Positions 38,736-49,450 of a stretch of 64,000 nucleotides of DNA are shown one piece after another. The position numbers were made by a program, and so were the translations under genes. How positions within the stretch are numbered: position 1 is the first letter of the stretch; each line of letters starts with the position of its first letter. The notes under the pieces are model-generated. The model did not search any database. It was not told where the DNA came from and was given only the letters and a program-made list of their open reading frames with translations. The stretch is from positions 384,001 through 448,000 of the forward strand of contig OY969554.1 in the NCBI GenBank assembly GCA_963700985.1, given 5' to 3'. This DNA is from an uncultured Chlamydiales bacterium. GTDB taxonomy: Bacteria > Chlamydiota > Chlamydiia > Chlamydiales > Rhabdochlamydiaceae.

Positions 38736-40333
38736 CTCTCAGTCTCGATGTAAGCGTATTTGAGGTTAAGCTCATTGAGCTCAGAGACGTAGACATCTTT
38801 AAGATGTGGATTTTTGAGGAAGGTTCCAGTGTAGAAATAGATGGGAGCAATGGGCATCTCTTCAATCAAAATTTTTTCTGCTTCTTTAAGTAAAGCCTTG
38901 CGGGCTTCGGCCTCTTTTGTTTTTTCCGCTTGGCTCATAAGCTTACCAAAGCGCGGGTCAAACCATTGCGAGTAATTGCGGTTAGATGAAGCATAGCGAT
39001 AATCTTGTAAAAAGTCAGCAGCATCATTGAAATTGGCGATGCCCCCCAGGCGTGCGATCTGGAACTGATGGTGGGAGAGCTCATCCAAGAAGACCTTCCA
39101 CTCTTTATTTTCTAGATGGATCTGGATGCCAAAAGCTTCATTCCATTGCTGCTGAACTGCCTGAGCAATCTTATGGTGGCCAGCATTGGTATTATAACTC
39201 AATGTTAGCTGGGGAAGCTCTTGCTTTGTGATCTTCATCTCTTGCAATGCCTTTGTAAAGAGACGTTTGGCCTCTTGCAAATCTGCATCTTTAAAATAGT
39301 CAACCTTATCTGGCCACATCGAAGGAGGAATTAGGCCCAAGGCGGGTTTTTGTTTGCCTTGCGTGACGTTATCGATAATTGCTTGGCGGTTGATAGCTAG
39401 AGCAAATGCCTTTCTCAGGTTCGCATTGTTAAATGGAAATTCTTTTGTGTTAAAAACATAGTAATACACCCCAGAAATATCATAGAGGTTAACTTTTCCT
39501 TCTTTTAACAGCGTGGGGAGTGCATCTAGGGGGAGTTGAGAAACAGGGAAGCCCGCCCAATCTAGATCCTTATTTTCGAACATGGCAAGTTCCGTGTTCT
39601 CATCTTCGATGATATAGAGTTCAACGTTCTGTAAGCGGACGGTGTCTGCATCCCAATACTCAGGATTTTTTTCTAGGATGATCTGGTTATAATGTTTCCA
39701 GTTTACCATTCTGAACGGGCCTGAGCTGACATAGTGCGCTGCACTTTCTGGCCAATTAGGATACGTTGATTGAATATGGCGAGGCACTACTGGAAAGAGA
39801 TGAGAGGAGATCATCATGAGAAAGTGAGGGTGGGGATACTCCAGCTCTACGCGCAGAGTCTGAGCATCCAGCGCCTTTATTCCGAGCTGCTCAAGCGGGA
39901 GCGTTCCTTCGCGAACGGCTTTAGCATTTTTTATGATATACAGATCGTAGCCCATTTCTGAAGGAAAGCTGGGGTTTAAAATTGTCTTCCAGCTCTCTTC
40001 GAAATCCCACGCGCTGATCGGCTCACCGTCCGACCATTTGGCTTCCCTTAAAGTAAAGGTGTAGGTTTTGCCATCCTCTGAAAGTGTGAACTCTTTGGCC
40101 AGGCCAAACTCTGTTTCGCCGTTCTTCCCATGACGCATCAGCCCCTCAAAACAGAGGTTAGTGACTGAGACCGACACGCTGTCATAGGCTCTGCGTGGAT
40201 CGAGTGTAGGTGGTTCGCCGTGGATGTTGAAGCGGGCCACTTGCTTCTCTTTTTGATGCACTTTAGAAGAAGAGCCTCCACATGCAGTTATTAACATGAG
40301 AGAGCAGATGACTAGAGCATGCGACAGCTTCAC
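38732..40333 (-). CDS. oppA: Oligopeptide-binding lipoprotein
   Basis: Lipobox LITAC, EPPTLDP, FEGL, KWSDG, SGPF, KNPEYWD. Confidence 0.92.
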   Translation of the reverse strand: MKLSHALVICSLMLITACGGSSSKVHQKEKQVARFNIHGEPPTLDPRRAYDSVSVSVTNLCFEGLMRHGKNGETEFGLAKEFTLSEDGKTYTFTLREAKWSDGEPISAWDFEESWKTILNPSFPSEMGYDLYIIKNAKAVREGTLPLEQLGIKALDAQTLRVELEYPHPHFLMMISSHLFPVVPRHIQSTYPNWPESAAHYVSSGPFRMVNWKHYNQIILEKNPEYWDADTVRLQNVELYIIEDENTELAMFENKDLDWAGFPVSQLPLDALPTLLKEGKVNLYDISGVYYYVFNTKEFPFNNANLRKAFALAINRQAIIDNVTQGKQKPALGLIPPSMWPDKVDYFKDADLQEAKRLFTKALQEMKITKQELPQLTLSYNTNAGHHKIAQAVQQQWNEAFGIQIHLENKEWKVFLDELSHHQFQIARLGGIANFNDAADFLQDYRYASSNRNYSQWFDPRFGKLMSQAEKTKEAEARKALLKEAEKILIEEMPIAPIYFYTGTFLKNPHLKDVYVSELNELNLKYAYIETER

Positions 40334-40336
40334 AGA

Positions 40337-40366
40337 ATAATCTCCTAAAAATTTTTAGAAGATTAT
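40337..40366. promoter_or_regulatory. 30-bp palindrome over the oppA -10/RBS; candidate operator
   Basis: ATAATCTCCTAAAAA|TTTTTAGAAGATTAT (14/15 match). Confidence 0.55.
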
Positions 40367-40464
40367 AGCCAACTGGTTGCAAAAGTCCATATGGAAGAAA
40401 GGACACAAATGACAATAAGGACCTTAACGACAAAAGCTGCTTTCTAGGGTTTTATGAGGTCTTC

Positions 40465-41265
40465 TTAGAGGATGCCGACTTTTTTAAATTGCCTGACAAG
40501 GAACTTGTCTTTGGGGCCGAGTGCAGTAGACGCAGCGGGTGCAGAGGCGGAGGGGGATTCTTTCTCTTCTTTTTTCTCTTGAGGCTTTGAGGTTGTGGGA
40601 AGGGCGGATTCAGGATGAAATGCGATCAGTGAGACTTTGCCCTTTCCATGTGTGCCACTAATGGCAGCAATAGGTTCATCTCTTACATCTGCGTAGCGCG
40701 CTTCGACTTTAAAGCTGTTGTAATTTGTGTTGAGAATTTGAAAAAAAGTTCCCTCAATCCACACAGAAGAAAACTCGCCTCCCGTTTCATCGAGAATCGG
40801 AACAACGCACTCACCCGCTCTTTGTTTTGCTGCAAAAGAAGGGATTGGATGAATAGCATCGACAGGAAGCAAGTTGAGCAAGCCGTCTGAAAAAGATAGT
40901 TTAAACGGGTCTATTCTGGTTAATTGCTGAGCGGCAGTGACAGCCCCTGCACAGCTTCCGAAATAACCCCCTCCGCGTTCAATGAATTTCGTGATTGCTT
41001 GCGCAGGCTTTCCAAGTAGGGTGTTAGATTGGAAATGTGCATGGCCTCCCAACAGCGCCACGACTCCCTCACTTTCTTTTTCCAGACGCTCAAAATAGGA
41101 AGGGTCTGATATTTCTACAATGCGCGAGCTAGCAACTCCATGAGTTTTAAAAGCTGCACACATTTCAGCAATGCAAGAAGGGTTAACCGCATGATACTCA
41201 CCGTATTTACGCGGTGTCGTGTAAACATAAATGGGAAGCTTAGAAGAATCTGTTATGGCAGACAT
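40465..41265 (-). CDS. Divergent BPL-N/class I GATase-like protein
   Basis: LLGG, FIERGGGYFGSCAGA, GKGKV.LIAFHPE; ATG 41265 avoids overlap with the upstream gene. Confidence 0.75.
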   Translation of the reverse strand: MSAITDSSKLPIYVYTTPRKYGEYHAVNPSCIAEMCAAFKTHGVASSRIVEISDPSYFERLEKESEGVVALLGGHAHFQSNTLLGKPAQAITKFIERGGGYFGSCAGAVTAAQQLTRIDPFKLSFSDGLLNLLPVDAIHPIPSFAAKQRAGECVVPILDETGGEFSSVWIEGTFFQILNTNYNSFKVEARYADVRDEPIAAISGTHGKGKVSLIAFHPESALPTTSKPQEKKEEKESPSASAPAASTALGPKDKFLVRQFKKVGIL

Positions 41266-41279
41266 GAATCGCCTATTGT

Positions 41280-43172
41280 TTAAAACCAAGCTTTGGGCAG
41301 ATGGGGTTTTAGTGAGTGCAACACATCCACTAAAAGAGGCATAAATTTATCAAATTTGTGATCTTCAATCGTGCTATTAAGGTCTAACATATCGAAGAGC
41401 TCTTTTTTGGTTTCTTTAGAAAGGCGAGCGAAAACAGCGTGCACCAAAGGCGCAGATTCTTGAAAGAAATAGTCGATTAAGATCGCTTTTTGATTTTGGG
41501 TGGAAACATCCTGTGAGAATCTCTGTCCTGACTGCTTTAAAAACATGAGTTTGGGAAAGTCTGGCGTGTCAGAAGGTATGCGTATCTGAGTCCCCATTAT
41601 ATTGAGTTCCATCAGTGGAAGCGTTTGCAGATTTTTAAGTGTAGCGTCAGTAAGCCTTGCACAACCGTTTAGATCTAGAGTGTGAATCTCTGAAAAGAGT
41701 TTAAGAAGCCCCTCAAGAGCGCTATCATCAATATTCGTTCCTGAGCAGGTGAGAGTTTTCACATTCTCTCTATTTTCTGCTAAATGCCCTAGCACAAAGT
41801 GGGAAGCGCTAAAGCCACGAGGAAAAACGCCATGAGGAAAAACACCATGAGGAAAAACATTGGGTGCTCTCAAAAATAGCTGATGAAAATTGTTTCTAAA
41901 CGTTTGAATAGCAGTATACGACAGTTTGCTCGCTTTTTTTTGGGAGAGTAACTCACTAAAGAATGCGTTATAAAGTTCCTTGGGCTCTGCAATTTCATCC
42001 GCTCCGAAAAAAGACATAACAACACTGTGACTGTCTTTGTCATTGAATTTTAAGTTTTGCAAGAATTTTACAAGCTCGTCCTCAGTAGGAGGGTTTTTTA
42101 CAGGCTCTCTGAGCAGCATAGGTTCAGTCTTTTTAAATAGGGCTTTTTGCAGGGTACGAAGCGTTGCAACCTGTACTTCATCCTTATAGCCAGCTTGAGC
42201 AAGTAGCTCAAAGCTAACTTTGCGTATCAAGCACCAGATTTTTAATGGCACGAGAAATTTTTCATAAGGACTAGGGGTTTGGCAGTCGGTACTGCAAGCA
42301 CGGATTCCGAGTTTTGTAAGCCGAGGTAGTGTTTCTAAAAGGCTAAGCTCCTCTGCTTCTTGATTTGTCATGCTTGAAGCTTTATTCCACGAATCAATTT
42401 TGCATAGCTCAAGGGAGAAGCTCAGCTCGGTTAGGTTTGACAGATGTGATAACACAGCGATATGTCTGGGAATTGCCTTGAGATATCCCAAAGCCAAAGA
42501 TGAGAGTTGTGGCAAGCTAGCCAGTGGCGAGAGATCTAGAAATTTCCCTCCAGATAGGTTTAGTTTTCTAAGCGTTTTGGCACACAGTTGAGCCACAAGC
42601 TTAAGTTCTTTGTCTTCGGCGTATTCAATGGTGATTGAAGGCAGATGTTTAAACGCATATAAAACAGCATCAGCTGCTTTTTCGGATTCAGGCGTTCGCC
42701 TCCAAGTATATTTGTTGGGCACATATTGATAAGAGACTGATAGGTGCTGCAGATTTTTTAGTTTAGTTGCCATTTCTAAAGGCGTAGGTGTCTCACCGCA
42801 GAATGTTTGATAGTCTTCAATGCATGTTTGCAAGCTCGAGACAAACTCAAGCTTATGTTTAAAAGAGAGCTGCATATCGAGTAGATGCCTGGCTTCTTTT
42901 TTGCTGAGGCCTTTTTGGACTTCAAAAAAGGAGATGACGAGATCGAAAATTTTTCGACAGGTGGGTATTTCAGCAACTTCGCCTAAAAATACAGCTACCT
43001 CATCGGAGATAAGCGCAGCTCTTTGCTCTTTTGTTCTATCGCTTCTATCGCTTCTATCTGCGAGCTGCTCCTTAGTTCTTTCCAGAGCTTGAGCTGTATG
43101 AGGTAAGGAAGCTGAACAGAGCGAAGTTGCAGAGAAGGGTTCGGTTAATCCAACGGAAGTAAGAGAAGTCAT
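41280..43172 (-). CDS. Leucine-rich-repeat protein, candidate effector
   Basis: LRKLNLSG, LSSLAL, LTELSF, LTKLGI, IHTLDLNGCARLTDATL; S/T-rich N-terminus. Confidence 0.75.
   Translation of the reverse strand: MTSLTSVGLTEPFSATSLCSASLPHTAQALERTKEQLADRSDRSDRTKEQRAALISDEVAVFLGEVAEIPTCRKIFDLVISFFEVQKGLSKKEARHLLDMQLSFKHKLEFVSSLQTCIEDYQTFCGETPTPLEMATKLKNLQHLSVSYQYVPNKYTWRRTPESEKAADAVLYAFKHLPSITIEYAEDKELKLVAQLCAKTLRKLNLSGGKFLDLSPLASLPQLSSLALGYLKAIPRHIAVLSHLSNLTELSFSLELCKIDSWNKASSMTNQEAEELSLLETLPRLTKLGIRACSTDCQTPSPYEKFLVPLKIWCLIRKVSFELLAQAGYKDEVQVATLRTLQKALFKKTEPMLLREPVKNPPTEDELVKFLQNLKFNDKDSHSVVMSFFGADEIAEPKELYNAFFSELLSQKKASKLSYTAIQTFRNNFHQLFLRAPNVFPHGVFPHGVFPRGFSASHFVLGHLAENRENVKTLTCSGTNIDDSALEGLLKLFSEIHTLDLNGCARLTDATLKNLQTLPLMELNIMGTQIRIPSDTPDFPKLMFLKQSGQRFSQDVSTQNQKAILIDYFFQESAPLVHAVFARLSKETKKELFDMLDLNSTIEDHKFDKFMPLLVDVLHSLKPHLPKAWF
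41815..41859. repeat. 3 x 15-bp in-frame tandem repeat
   Basis: CCAYGAGGAAAAACR x3, encoding VFPHG-VFPHG-VFPRG. Confidence 0.9.
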
Positions 43173-43405
43173 AAATGCCTTAATTATAAAAATTTAATAT
43201 AAAGATTATAATCTATTGTTGTGTTATTGGTAAATAATGAATAAAATTATAATTTATAAATTTTTTTATGCAGAGTAGGCCCTATTTGCGTTACCACAAA
43301 CTCATAAATTTATATTTTAAGTGTGACATTATAAAATCAGACCTAGCATCTGGCAAATAAAGAAAAAGTTCTCTATAATTTTGTCTTTTTGAAAATGAAG
43401 GGATT

Positions 43406-44785
43406 ATGCTGCTAAATTCTGGAAATAAGATTCACTTTACAAGCTTGGGCTGTGCCCGCAATTTAGTCGATACCGAAGTCATGATCGGGATTCTGCTTCA
43501 AGCTGGATATGAAGTAGCGACTTCGTCTCAAGAAGCGGATTTTCTGGTGGTTAACACCTGCGGCTTTTTGGCCGCCTCTCGCGAAGAATCGTTAAATGCC
43601 ATTGGACAGCTTTTCGATGAGAAGAAGGCATCCGCCAAAGTAATCGTGGCGGGCTGCATGGTTCAAAAGCATAAAGACGAAATCAAAGATCGATTTTCAG
43701 ATGTGCACTACTTCATCGGTTCTGGCGATATGGAAAAGGTGATCGATGCTGTCCGAGCAGCTTCACCCGGTGATGCGGTAACTTCTGCACGCAGCTTTCT
43801 GCAGTGGGGAGAAGTTCCACGTGTTACATCTACGCCAAAGCACTACGCCTATTTAAAGATCGCAGAAGGGTGTGCCAAGCGTTGCGCTTTCTGCATCATC
43901 CCTACCATTAAAGGCCCGCTGCGCAGCAAAAGCGTTGAGCAGGTGATGAAAGAGTTTCATGCGCTGCTAAATCAAGGCGCACATGAAGTGATTTTAATCG
44001 CACAAGATCTCGGCGACTTTGGCAAGGAGCGCAAAGAAGTGGGCGCGCTTGAAAATCTTCTGCGTGAGATGCTTCAAGTTAAGAAAGATTTTTGGTTGCG
44101 GTTGCTCTATCTTTATCCAGATGAAATTAGCGACGAGCTGATCGCCCTTATCAAATCAGACACACGCATCTGCCCTTATCTCGATATGCCTATTCAGCAT
44201 ATCAATGACACCATGTTAAAAGCGATGCGCCGCAAAACTTCGCGTGCACAAATCATCGACACGATTGGGAAGCTTCGCGCGCAGGTGCCAGATATCACTA
44301 TCCGAACGAGTTTGATGGTGGGCTTTCCTGGTGAAACAGAAGAGCAATTTGAAGAGCTGGTAGATTTTGTGAAGCTGCATCCGCTAGACAACGTGGGGAT
44401 CTTTAAATTCTCGGCTGAAGCGGGCGCACATGCATCGAAACTACCTGATCAGATTCCAGATGATGTAAAAGAAGCGCGCTATGTACGTCTTGCCAATGCA
44501 CAGATGGAAGTAGTGGAGCAGCGCACAGATCGCTTTATCGGTAAGCGTCTTAAGGTGATGGTAGAAGGTTACCATCCTGAATCTGAGCTGTTGATGCGCG
44601 GACGTTTCAATGGTCAATGCCCAGAAATCGATGGACAAGTGATTATCAACGATGGCCGAAAAGTAACGGCCTTTGGACAGCTTTATGAAGTGGAGATCAC
44701 TGATGTTGCCGGATACGATTTAATCGGCCGTGTGATCAAAGCTTGCTCAACGCCTGTGCCTGAGAAGAAGTTGGCGCTTGTATGA
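43406..44785 (+). CDS. rimO: Ribosomal protein S12 methylthiotransferase
   Basis: SLGCARNLVDTE, NTCGF, AYLKIAEGCAKRCAFC, RLLYLYP, PEIDG. Confidence 0.96.
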   Translation: MLLNSGNKIHFTSLGCARNLVDTEVMIGILLQAGYEVATSSQEADFLVVNTCGFLAASREESLNAIGQLFDEKKASAKVIVAGCMVQKHKDEIKDRFSDVHYFIGSGDMEKVIDAVRAASPGDAVTSARSFLQWGEVPRVTSTPKHYAYLKIAEGCAKRCAFCIIPTIKGPLRSKSVEQVMKEFHALLNQGAHEVILIAQDLGDFGKERKEVGALENLLREMLQVKKDFWLRLLYLYPDEISDELIALIKSDTRICPYLDMPIQHINDTMLKAMRRKTSRAQIIDTIGKLRAQVPDITIRTSLMVGFPGETEEQFEELVDFVKLHPLDNVGIFKFSAEAGAHASKLPDQIPDDVKEARYVRLANAQMEVVEQRTDRFIGKRLKVMVEGYHPESELLMRGRFNGQCPEIDGQVIINDGRKVTAFGQLYEVEITDVAGYDLIGRVIKACSTPVPEKKLALV

Positions 44786-45960
44786 TCGACACAAAACGTG
44801 CAGCTGTTTTAAAGCCGGGCAAAGAGCGTGCGCTTATGCAAAGGCACCCCTGGATTTTTTCTGGGGCGATCGCTTCGCTACCTCAAATCGACCCAGGTGA
44901 AGTATTGCCGGTGCTTAGCTCTTCCGGTCAATTTCTAGCACACGCTTACTTCCATCCCGACAATTCTCTATCTGGACGCGTGATCACTTTTGAAGATGAA
45001 CCTGCTGAAATCGCTGTGCGCAGGTTACTGCACGAAGCGCATGCCTTGCGAAAAGCCCACTTTCATCCTGAAATTTCTAATGCCTTCCGACTAATCAATG
45101 CTGAAGGCGATGGCCTTCCTGGGCTCATCGTCGATTGTTACAGTGATGTAGTTGTTATCCAAGTTAATACCTGCGGCATGGAAAGGTTGAAGCCGCTGAT
45201 TGTGGAAACCATTAAAGAGCTCATCCACCCTAAAAGCATTTATGAAAAATCTCTTTCGGGTGCAAGGCGCTTGGAAGGGTTAGATGACTCTCAAGGCCTA
45301 CTTTTTGGCGAGCCTGTGCAAGAAGTAGAAATTGTAGAGAGGGGAGTGCGCTTTATTGTTTCAATCGCAGAAGGTCAAAAGACCGGCTTTTTCCTCGACC
45401 AACGCGAGATGCGCGCGCAAGTAATGCGTTTTAGTGCAAATAAACGCGTGCTAAACTGCTTCTCCTATACAGGTGGTTTTGCGCTCTTTGCTCTGAAAGG
45501 TGGAGCTTCGCATGTCGAGAGCTTAGATAGCTCTGCTTCTGCACTCGCCATTGCGCAAAGAAATACGCAGCTTAACGGATATTCTTCTAGTCAGCATAGC
45601 TTAGTCCAAGAGGACGCATTCGCATACCTTAAGCGCTCTTCGATGGATTTTGATCTGGTGATTTTAGATCCCCCGGCTTTTGCTAAAAAGCGCAGCGATG
45701 TGGATGCCGCATGTAAAGGCTACAAGGAGATCAATCGTCTCGTTCTGGAAAAATTACCTCCGAAAACTTGCTTGCTCACGGCTTCATGTTCACACTATAT
45801 CAGTGATGAGCTCTTCCAAAATCTGCTCTTTCAATCTGCCTATGAAGCGCATCGCCGTGTGAAGATTCTATCTCGTCATGCCCAAGCGCTCGATCATCCC
45901 ATCTCTCTCTATCATCCCGAAGGCAGCTACCTCAAAAGCCTCTTCCTCTTTGTTGAATAA
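44782..45960 (+). CDS. rlmI: RlmI-like SAM-dependent rRNA methyltransferase
   Basis: HPWIFSG, EGDGLPGL, GQKTGFFLDQR, LDPPAF, YLK. Confidence 0.8.
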   Translation: MIDTKRAAVLKPGKERALMQRHPWIFSGAIASLPQIDPGEVLPVLSSSGQFLAHAYFHPDNSLSGRVITFEDEPAEIAVRRLLHEAHALRKAHFHPEISNAFRLINAEGDGLPGLIVDCYSDVVVIQVNTCGMERLKPLIVETIKELIHPKSIYEKSLSGARRLEGLDDSQGLLFGEPVQEVEIVERGVRFIVSIAEGQKTGFFLDQREMRAQVMRFSANKRVLNCFSYTGGFALFALKGGASHVESLDSSASALAIAQRNTQLNGYSSSQHSLVQEDAFAYLKRSSMDFDLVILDPPAFAKKRSDVDAACKGYKEINRLVLEKLPPKTCLLTASCSHYISDELFQNLLFQSAYEAHRRVKILSRHAQALDHPISLYHPEGSYLKSLFLFVE

Positions 45961-46062
45961 GCAGCAACTTTTTCGTAAATATTTGAACAGGATCTGTTTC
46001 GCTAGCAGGATCCTGTTATTTCCAAATACAAATGCTCTTCCGGAAGAAATTTATCTGCAGAA

Positions 46063-46108
46063 TATCTGCATTTTATCGGCATAAGGTTATGCCGATAAAA
46101 TGCAGATA
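46063..46108. repeat. Perfect 22-bp inverted repeat with 2-nt spacer
   Basis: TATCTGCATTTTATCGGCATAA-GG-TTATGCCGATAAAATGCAGATA. Confidence 0.9.
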
Positions 46109-46213
46109 AATCTCTTTGCTCTAGCAAATCTTTGTAGATGAGATGTTTATGCTGTCGGTTAGTCGCTGGCTTTTTTTCAGAGCAAAAAATCGAATTTGTG
46201 ATAGTTTGCAGAA

Positions 46214-46648
46214 GTGATAAAATTTCGCTTTATTACTCCTGCTGACCCAGAATACCCTCACGAGCTCATGCTGCGTTGGGAGGTGCTCTTAAAACCTTTG
46301 GGCTTACCGCCTGGGAAAGAGCAAACTTCCGAAGAGACTGAGAGCTTGCATCTGATTGCTTTGGAGAAAAAAAAGATGATCGGCTGCGTGCTCTTTTGCC
46401 CAGAAGGAGACGTCCGCGGAAGATTGCACCAACTAGCGTTAAGCGAAGAGTATCACGGCCAAGGTTTCGGGCGAAAAATGATCTCAACTCTTGAGCAAGC
46501 ATTAATCACAAAAGGCTTTAAAGAGGTCTATTTGCTTGCACCGGCTGAAAATGTGGGTTTCTATGCGCAAATGGGTTACGAAAGCGAGGGTGATCTTCGC
46601 AGTGAAAAAGGCACTTTCTGGCAACCCATGAAGAAAAATTTAGGATAA
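46214..46648 (+). CDS. GNAT N-acetyltransferase
   Basis: LRWEVL.KPLGL, YHGQGFGR, GFYAQMGY. Confidence 0.88.
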   Translation: MIKFRFITPADPEYPHELMLRWEVLLKPLGLPPGKEQTSEETESLHLIALEKKKMIGCVLFCPEGDVRGRLHQLALSEEYHGQGFGRKMISTLEQALITKGFKEVYLLAPAENVGFYAQMGYESEGDLRSEKGTFWQPMKKNLG

Positions 46649-46654
46649 TATTTA

Positions 46655-48022
46655 ATGGATTTACATTTACATACCCGTGAAAAGCTCTCTACATATGGCT
46701 TACTTACTGTCTTGGTTGTAGCTTTTGGAGCCTTTTTATTTGGCTATAACTGCTCGGTTATTTCAGGGGCCTTAGGCTTCTTGGAACAAACATTTTCTCT
46801 CGGTCCATTCCAAGCAGGCATGGTGGTTAGCTTTCTGCTTTTAGGTGCAGGCCTGGGAAGTCTTTTTGGAGGATTACTTTGCGATCGTTTTGGCCGCAAA
46901 CGCACGATTATCATCACTGCGCTAGTCTTTACGCTCGGTGCAGCGCTTGTGGCTACTGCAGCCAACTTAGAGATGATTCTCTTTGGCAGATTTTTGACAG
47001 GACTTGGCGTCGGATTCGTCTTTCTGGTTGGCCCGCTTTATCTCGCAGAGATTGCGCCTCCGCATTTGCGTGGTTCGATTGTGGCCGTATTCCAGCTCAT
47101 CGGCGTCATCGGGATACTAATGGGGTATGTGATAAACTATCTATTTTTCGATGCAGGTAATTGGCGCGCCATGTTTGCCGTCAGTATGATCCCGTCCAGC
47201 ATAATCATGTTTGCCATGTGTGCGTTTCCTGAAACTCCGGAGTGGCTTCTTGCTCATGGAAAAATTGAAAAAGCCAAGCACGTTTTACAGCGTATTCGCC
47301 AAGATAAACTTTGGGAGTCACATCTAGGTGAAATGAAAAAAAGTGCATCACCCGCAAACGATGCTTCATGGCATCGCCTACTTCAACCCTCGGTTAAATT
47401 TGCGCTCTTTATTGGTATCATGCTCAATGTGTTTCAACAGATCGTGGGGATCAATGCTGTGATCTACTTCGCTCCAAAGATTTTTGGTGAAGCTGGGTTT
47501 GGTTCCGGTTCGGCTTCGATCGTTCCCACACTCGGCATCGGGCTCATTAACGTTTTGATGACTTTTGTAGCGCTGCAACTTCTCGATCGAGTGGGTAGAC
47601 GTCCGCTTCTACTTACCGGCGTTATTGGCATAGTTGTGAGTCTTTTACTTTTCACTGTGACTTTCTTTTTAGATGTTCCAGCCAAAGGCATAATCGCAGT
47701 GATCACCTTGATAAGTTATGTCGGTTTTTTTGCTTTGAGTTTGGGGCCCATTCCCGGGCTAATCGTAGCAGAAATCTATCCGCTTTCTGTCCGTGGAAGA
47801 GCCATGAGTTTGGCTCTGGCCGCCAACTGGATTTTTAATTTTTTAGTCGCACAAACCTTCCTTCCGCTGGTTGCAATTCTGAAAGTCGAAGGTGTCTTTT
47901 TACTCTTTGCTATAATCTCAATTTTTGCTTTTTTCTTTATTAAACGCTTTGTGCCAGAAACAAAGGGAAAAAGCCTTGAGCAGATCGAATTGAGCATGGC
48001 TGCACTTAAGATGAAAAAATAA
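46655..48022 (+). CDS. Sugar porter family MFS transporter
   Basis: [45 protein letters not shown]. Confidence 0.93.
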   Translation: MDLHLHTREKLSTYGLLTVLVVAFGAFLFGYNCSVISGALGFLEQTFSLGPFQAGMVVSFLLLGAGLGSLFGGLLCDRFGRKRTIIITALVFTLGAALVATAANLEMILFGRFLTGLGVGFVFLVGPLYLAEIAPPHLRGSIVAVFQLIGVIGILMGYVINYLFFDAGNWRAMFAVSMIPSSIIMFAMCAFPETPEWLLAHGKIEKAKHVLQRIRQDKLWESHLGEMKKSASPANDASWHRLLQPSVKFALFIGIMLNVFQQIVGINAVIYFAPKIFGEAGFGSGSASIVPTLGIGLINVLMTFVALQLLDRVGRRPLLLTGVIGIVVSLLLFTVTFFLDVPAKGIIAVITLISYVGFFALSLGPIPGLIVAEIYPLSVRGRAMSLALAANWIFNFLVAQTFLPLVAILKVEGVFLLFAIISIFAFFFIKRFVPETKGKSLEQIELSMAALKMKK

Positions 48023-48035
48023 AGGAGATAGATTT

Positions 48036-49091
48036 ATGTCTGATTCGAAAATTCGTTCTCTACTCGGAAATAAAGCCGATCTTCTACTCAATCACGTTTG
48101 CAAAACTGTCCCGAAAGAAAAACTCCATATTCCTGGTGCAGATTGGGTCGATCGCATTTTTTCGCCTTCCGATCGCAACATTCGTGTGCTAAGAAGCCTC
48201 CAGACACTGTTCAATCACGGAAGACTAGGTGGCACAGGCTATATGTCTATTCTGCCCGTCGATCAAGGGATTGAACACTCAGCCGGTGCTTCCTTTGCGC
48301 CCAATCCTGAATACTTCGACCCAGAAAATATTGTTAAATTAGCCATCGAAGGCAATTGCAATGCCGTAGCTACCACCTTAGGTGTGCTAGGTTCTGTAGC
48401 GCGCAAATATGCGCATAAGATTCCTTTTATGCTTAAGCTTAATCATAACGAGTTTTTAACTTACCCAAACAAGTATGACCAGATCATGTTTGCCTCAGTT
48501 GAGCAAGCATATGAGATGGGCTGCGTTGCCGTTGGCGCCACGATCTATTTCGGCTCTGCTGAAAGCGATCGCCAGATCGTCGAAGTCAGCCAAGCATTTG
48601 CGCATGCGCACGAACTCGGTATGGCCACTGTTCTCTGGTGCTATTTGCGTAACGAGGCATTTAAAACTCCAATTGCTGATTACCATTTTGCAGCCGACTT
48701 AACCGGTCAGGCGAACCATTTGGGAGCTACCATCGGGGCTGACATCGTTAAACAGAAGCTGCCTATCAACAATGGCGGTTTTAAAGCCCTCAAATTTGGC
48801 AAGCAGACCGCTGATATGTATACCAAACTCTGCACCGACCATCCTATCGATCTCTGCCGCTATCAAGTGATTAATGGGTACATGGGACGCATCGGCCTAA
48901 TCAACTCCGGTGGTGCCTCGGGTGAAAATGACCTGGGTCAAGCCGTTGAAACAGCCGTCATCAACAAGCGCGCAGGCGGCATCGGTCTCATCACGGGCCG
49001 CAAAGCCTTCCAGAAGCCCATGAAAGAGGGCGTAGAGCTCCTCCATGCTGTGCAAGACGTCTACCTCAGCAAAGAGATCACGATCGCCTAA
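48036..49091 (+). CDS. fbaB: Class I fructose-bisphosphate aldolase (DhnA type)
   Basis: [41 protein letters not shown]. Confidence 0.95.
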   Translation: MSDSKIRSLLGNKADLLLNHVCKTVPKEKLHIPGADWVDRIFSPSDRNIRVLRSLQTLFNHGRLGGTGYMSILPVDQGIEHSAGASFAPNPEYFDPENIVKLAIEGNCNAVATTLGVLGSVARKYAHKIPFMLKLNHNEFLTYPNKYDQIMFASVEQAYEMGCVAVGATIYFGSAESDRQIVEVSQAFAHAHELGMATVLWCYLRNEAFKTPIADYHFAADLTGQANHLGATIGADIVKQKLPINNGGFKALKFGKQTADMYTKLCTDHPIDLCRYQVINGYMGRIGLINSGGASGENDLGQAVETAVINKRAGGIGLITGRKAFQKPMKEGVELLHAVQDVYLSKEITIA

Positions 49092-49126
49092 ACTAGCTTT
49101 GATTAGACTCTCTTCTCAGAAGAGCT

Positions 49127-49450
49127 TTACTCAGTGCTGAGATAGCGATCGGCAATAAGACGGGTGTGCCTTCCATTCCCATCTTTGAAAGGATGAATGG
49201 CAACAAGACGGTGATGAATACGAGCGGCTTGCTCCAGGATAGTGAGATCAATTGGCTCAGAATTCCAATTAGCAACTTCCTGGCATAGTTCTTCAAGTTG
49301 TAGTCTGATGAGAAAAGGCTTAACTCCGATATTTGTCTCTTCTTGTCGTAACTTACCTACCCATTCCCAGACTGGCGATAACATATCACGATGTACCTTC
49401 AAGAGAAAAGGAACGTTAAACCATCGTGTCGGGGATGAAACAACAGGCAA
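49127..49450 (-). pseudogene. Fic-domain (mobile mystery protein B-like) internal fragment
   Basis: VWEWVGKLR..ETNIGV, HHRLVAIHPFKDGNGRHTR; lacks the native N- and C-termini. Confidence 0.8.

Noticed and set aside
46070-46100. Possible dif site (GCATAA...TTATG), given xerD in the window
   Set aside because: The spacer is 2 bp rather than 6 and there is no TTATGTTAAA XerD arm
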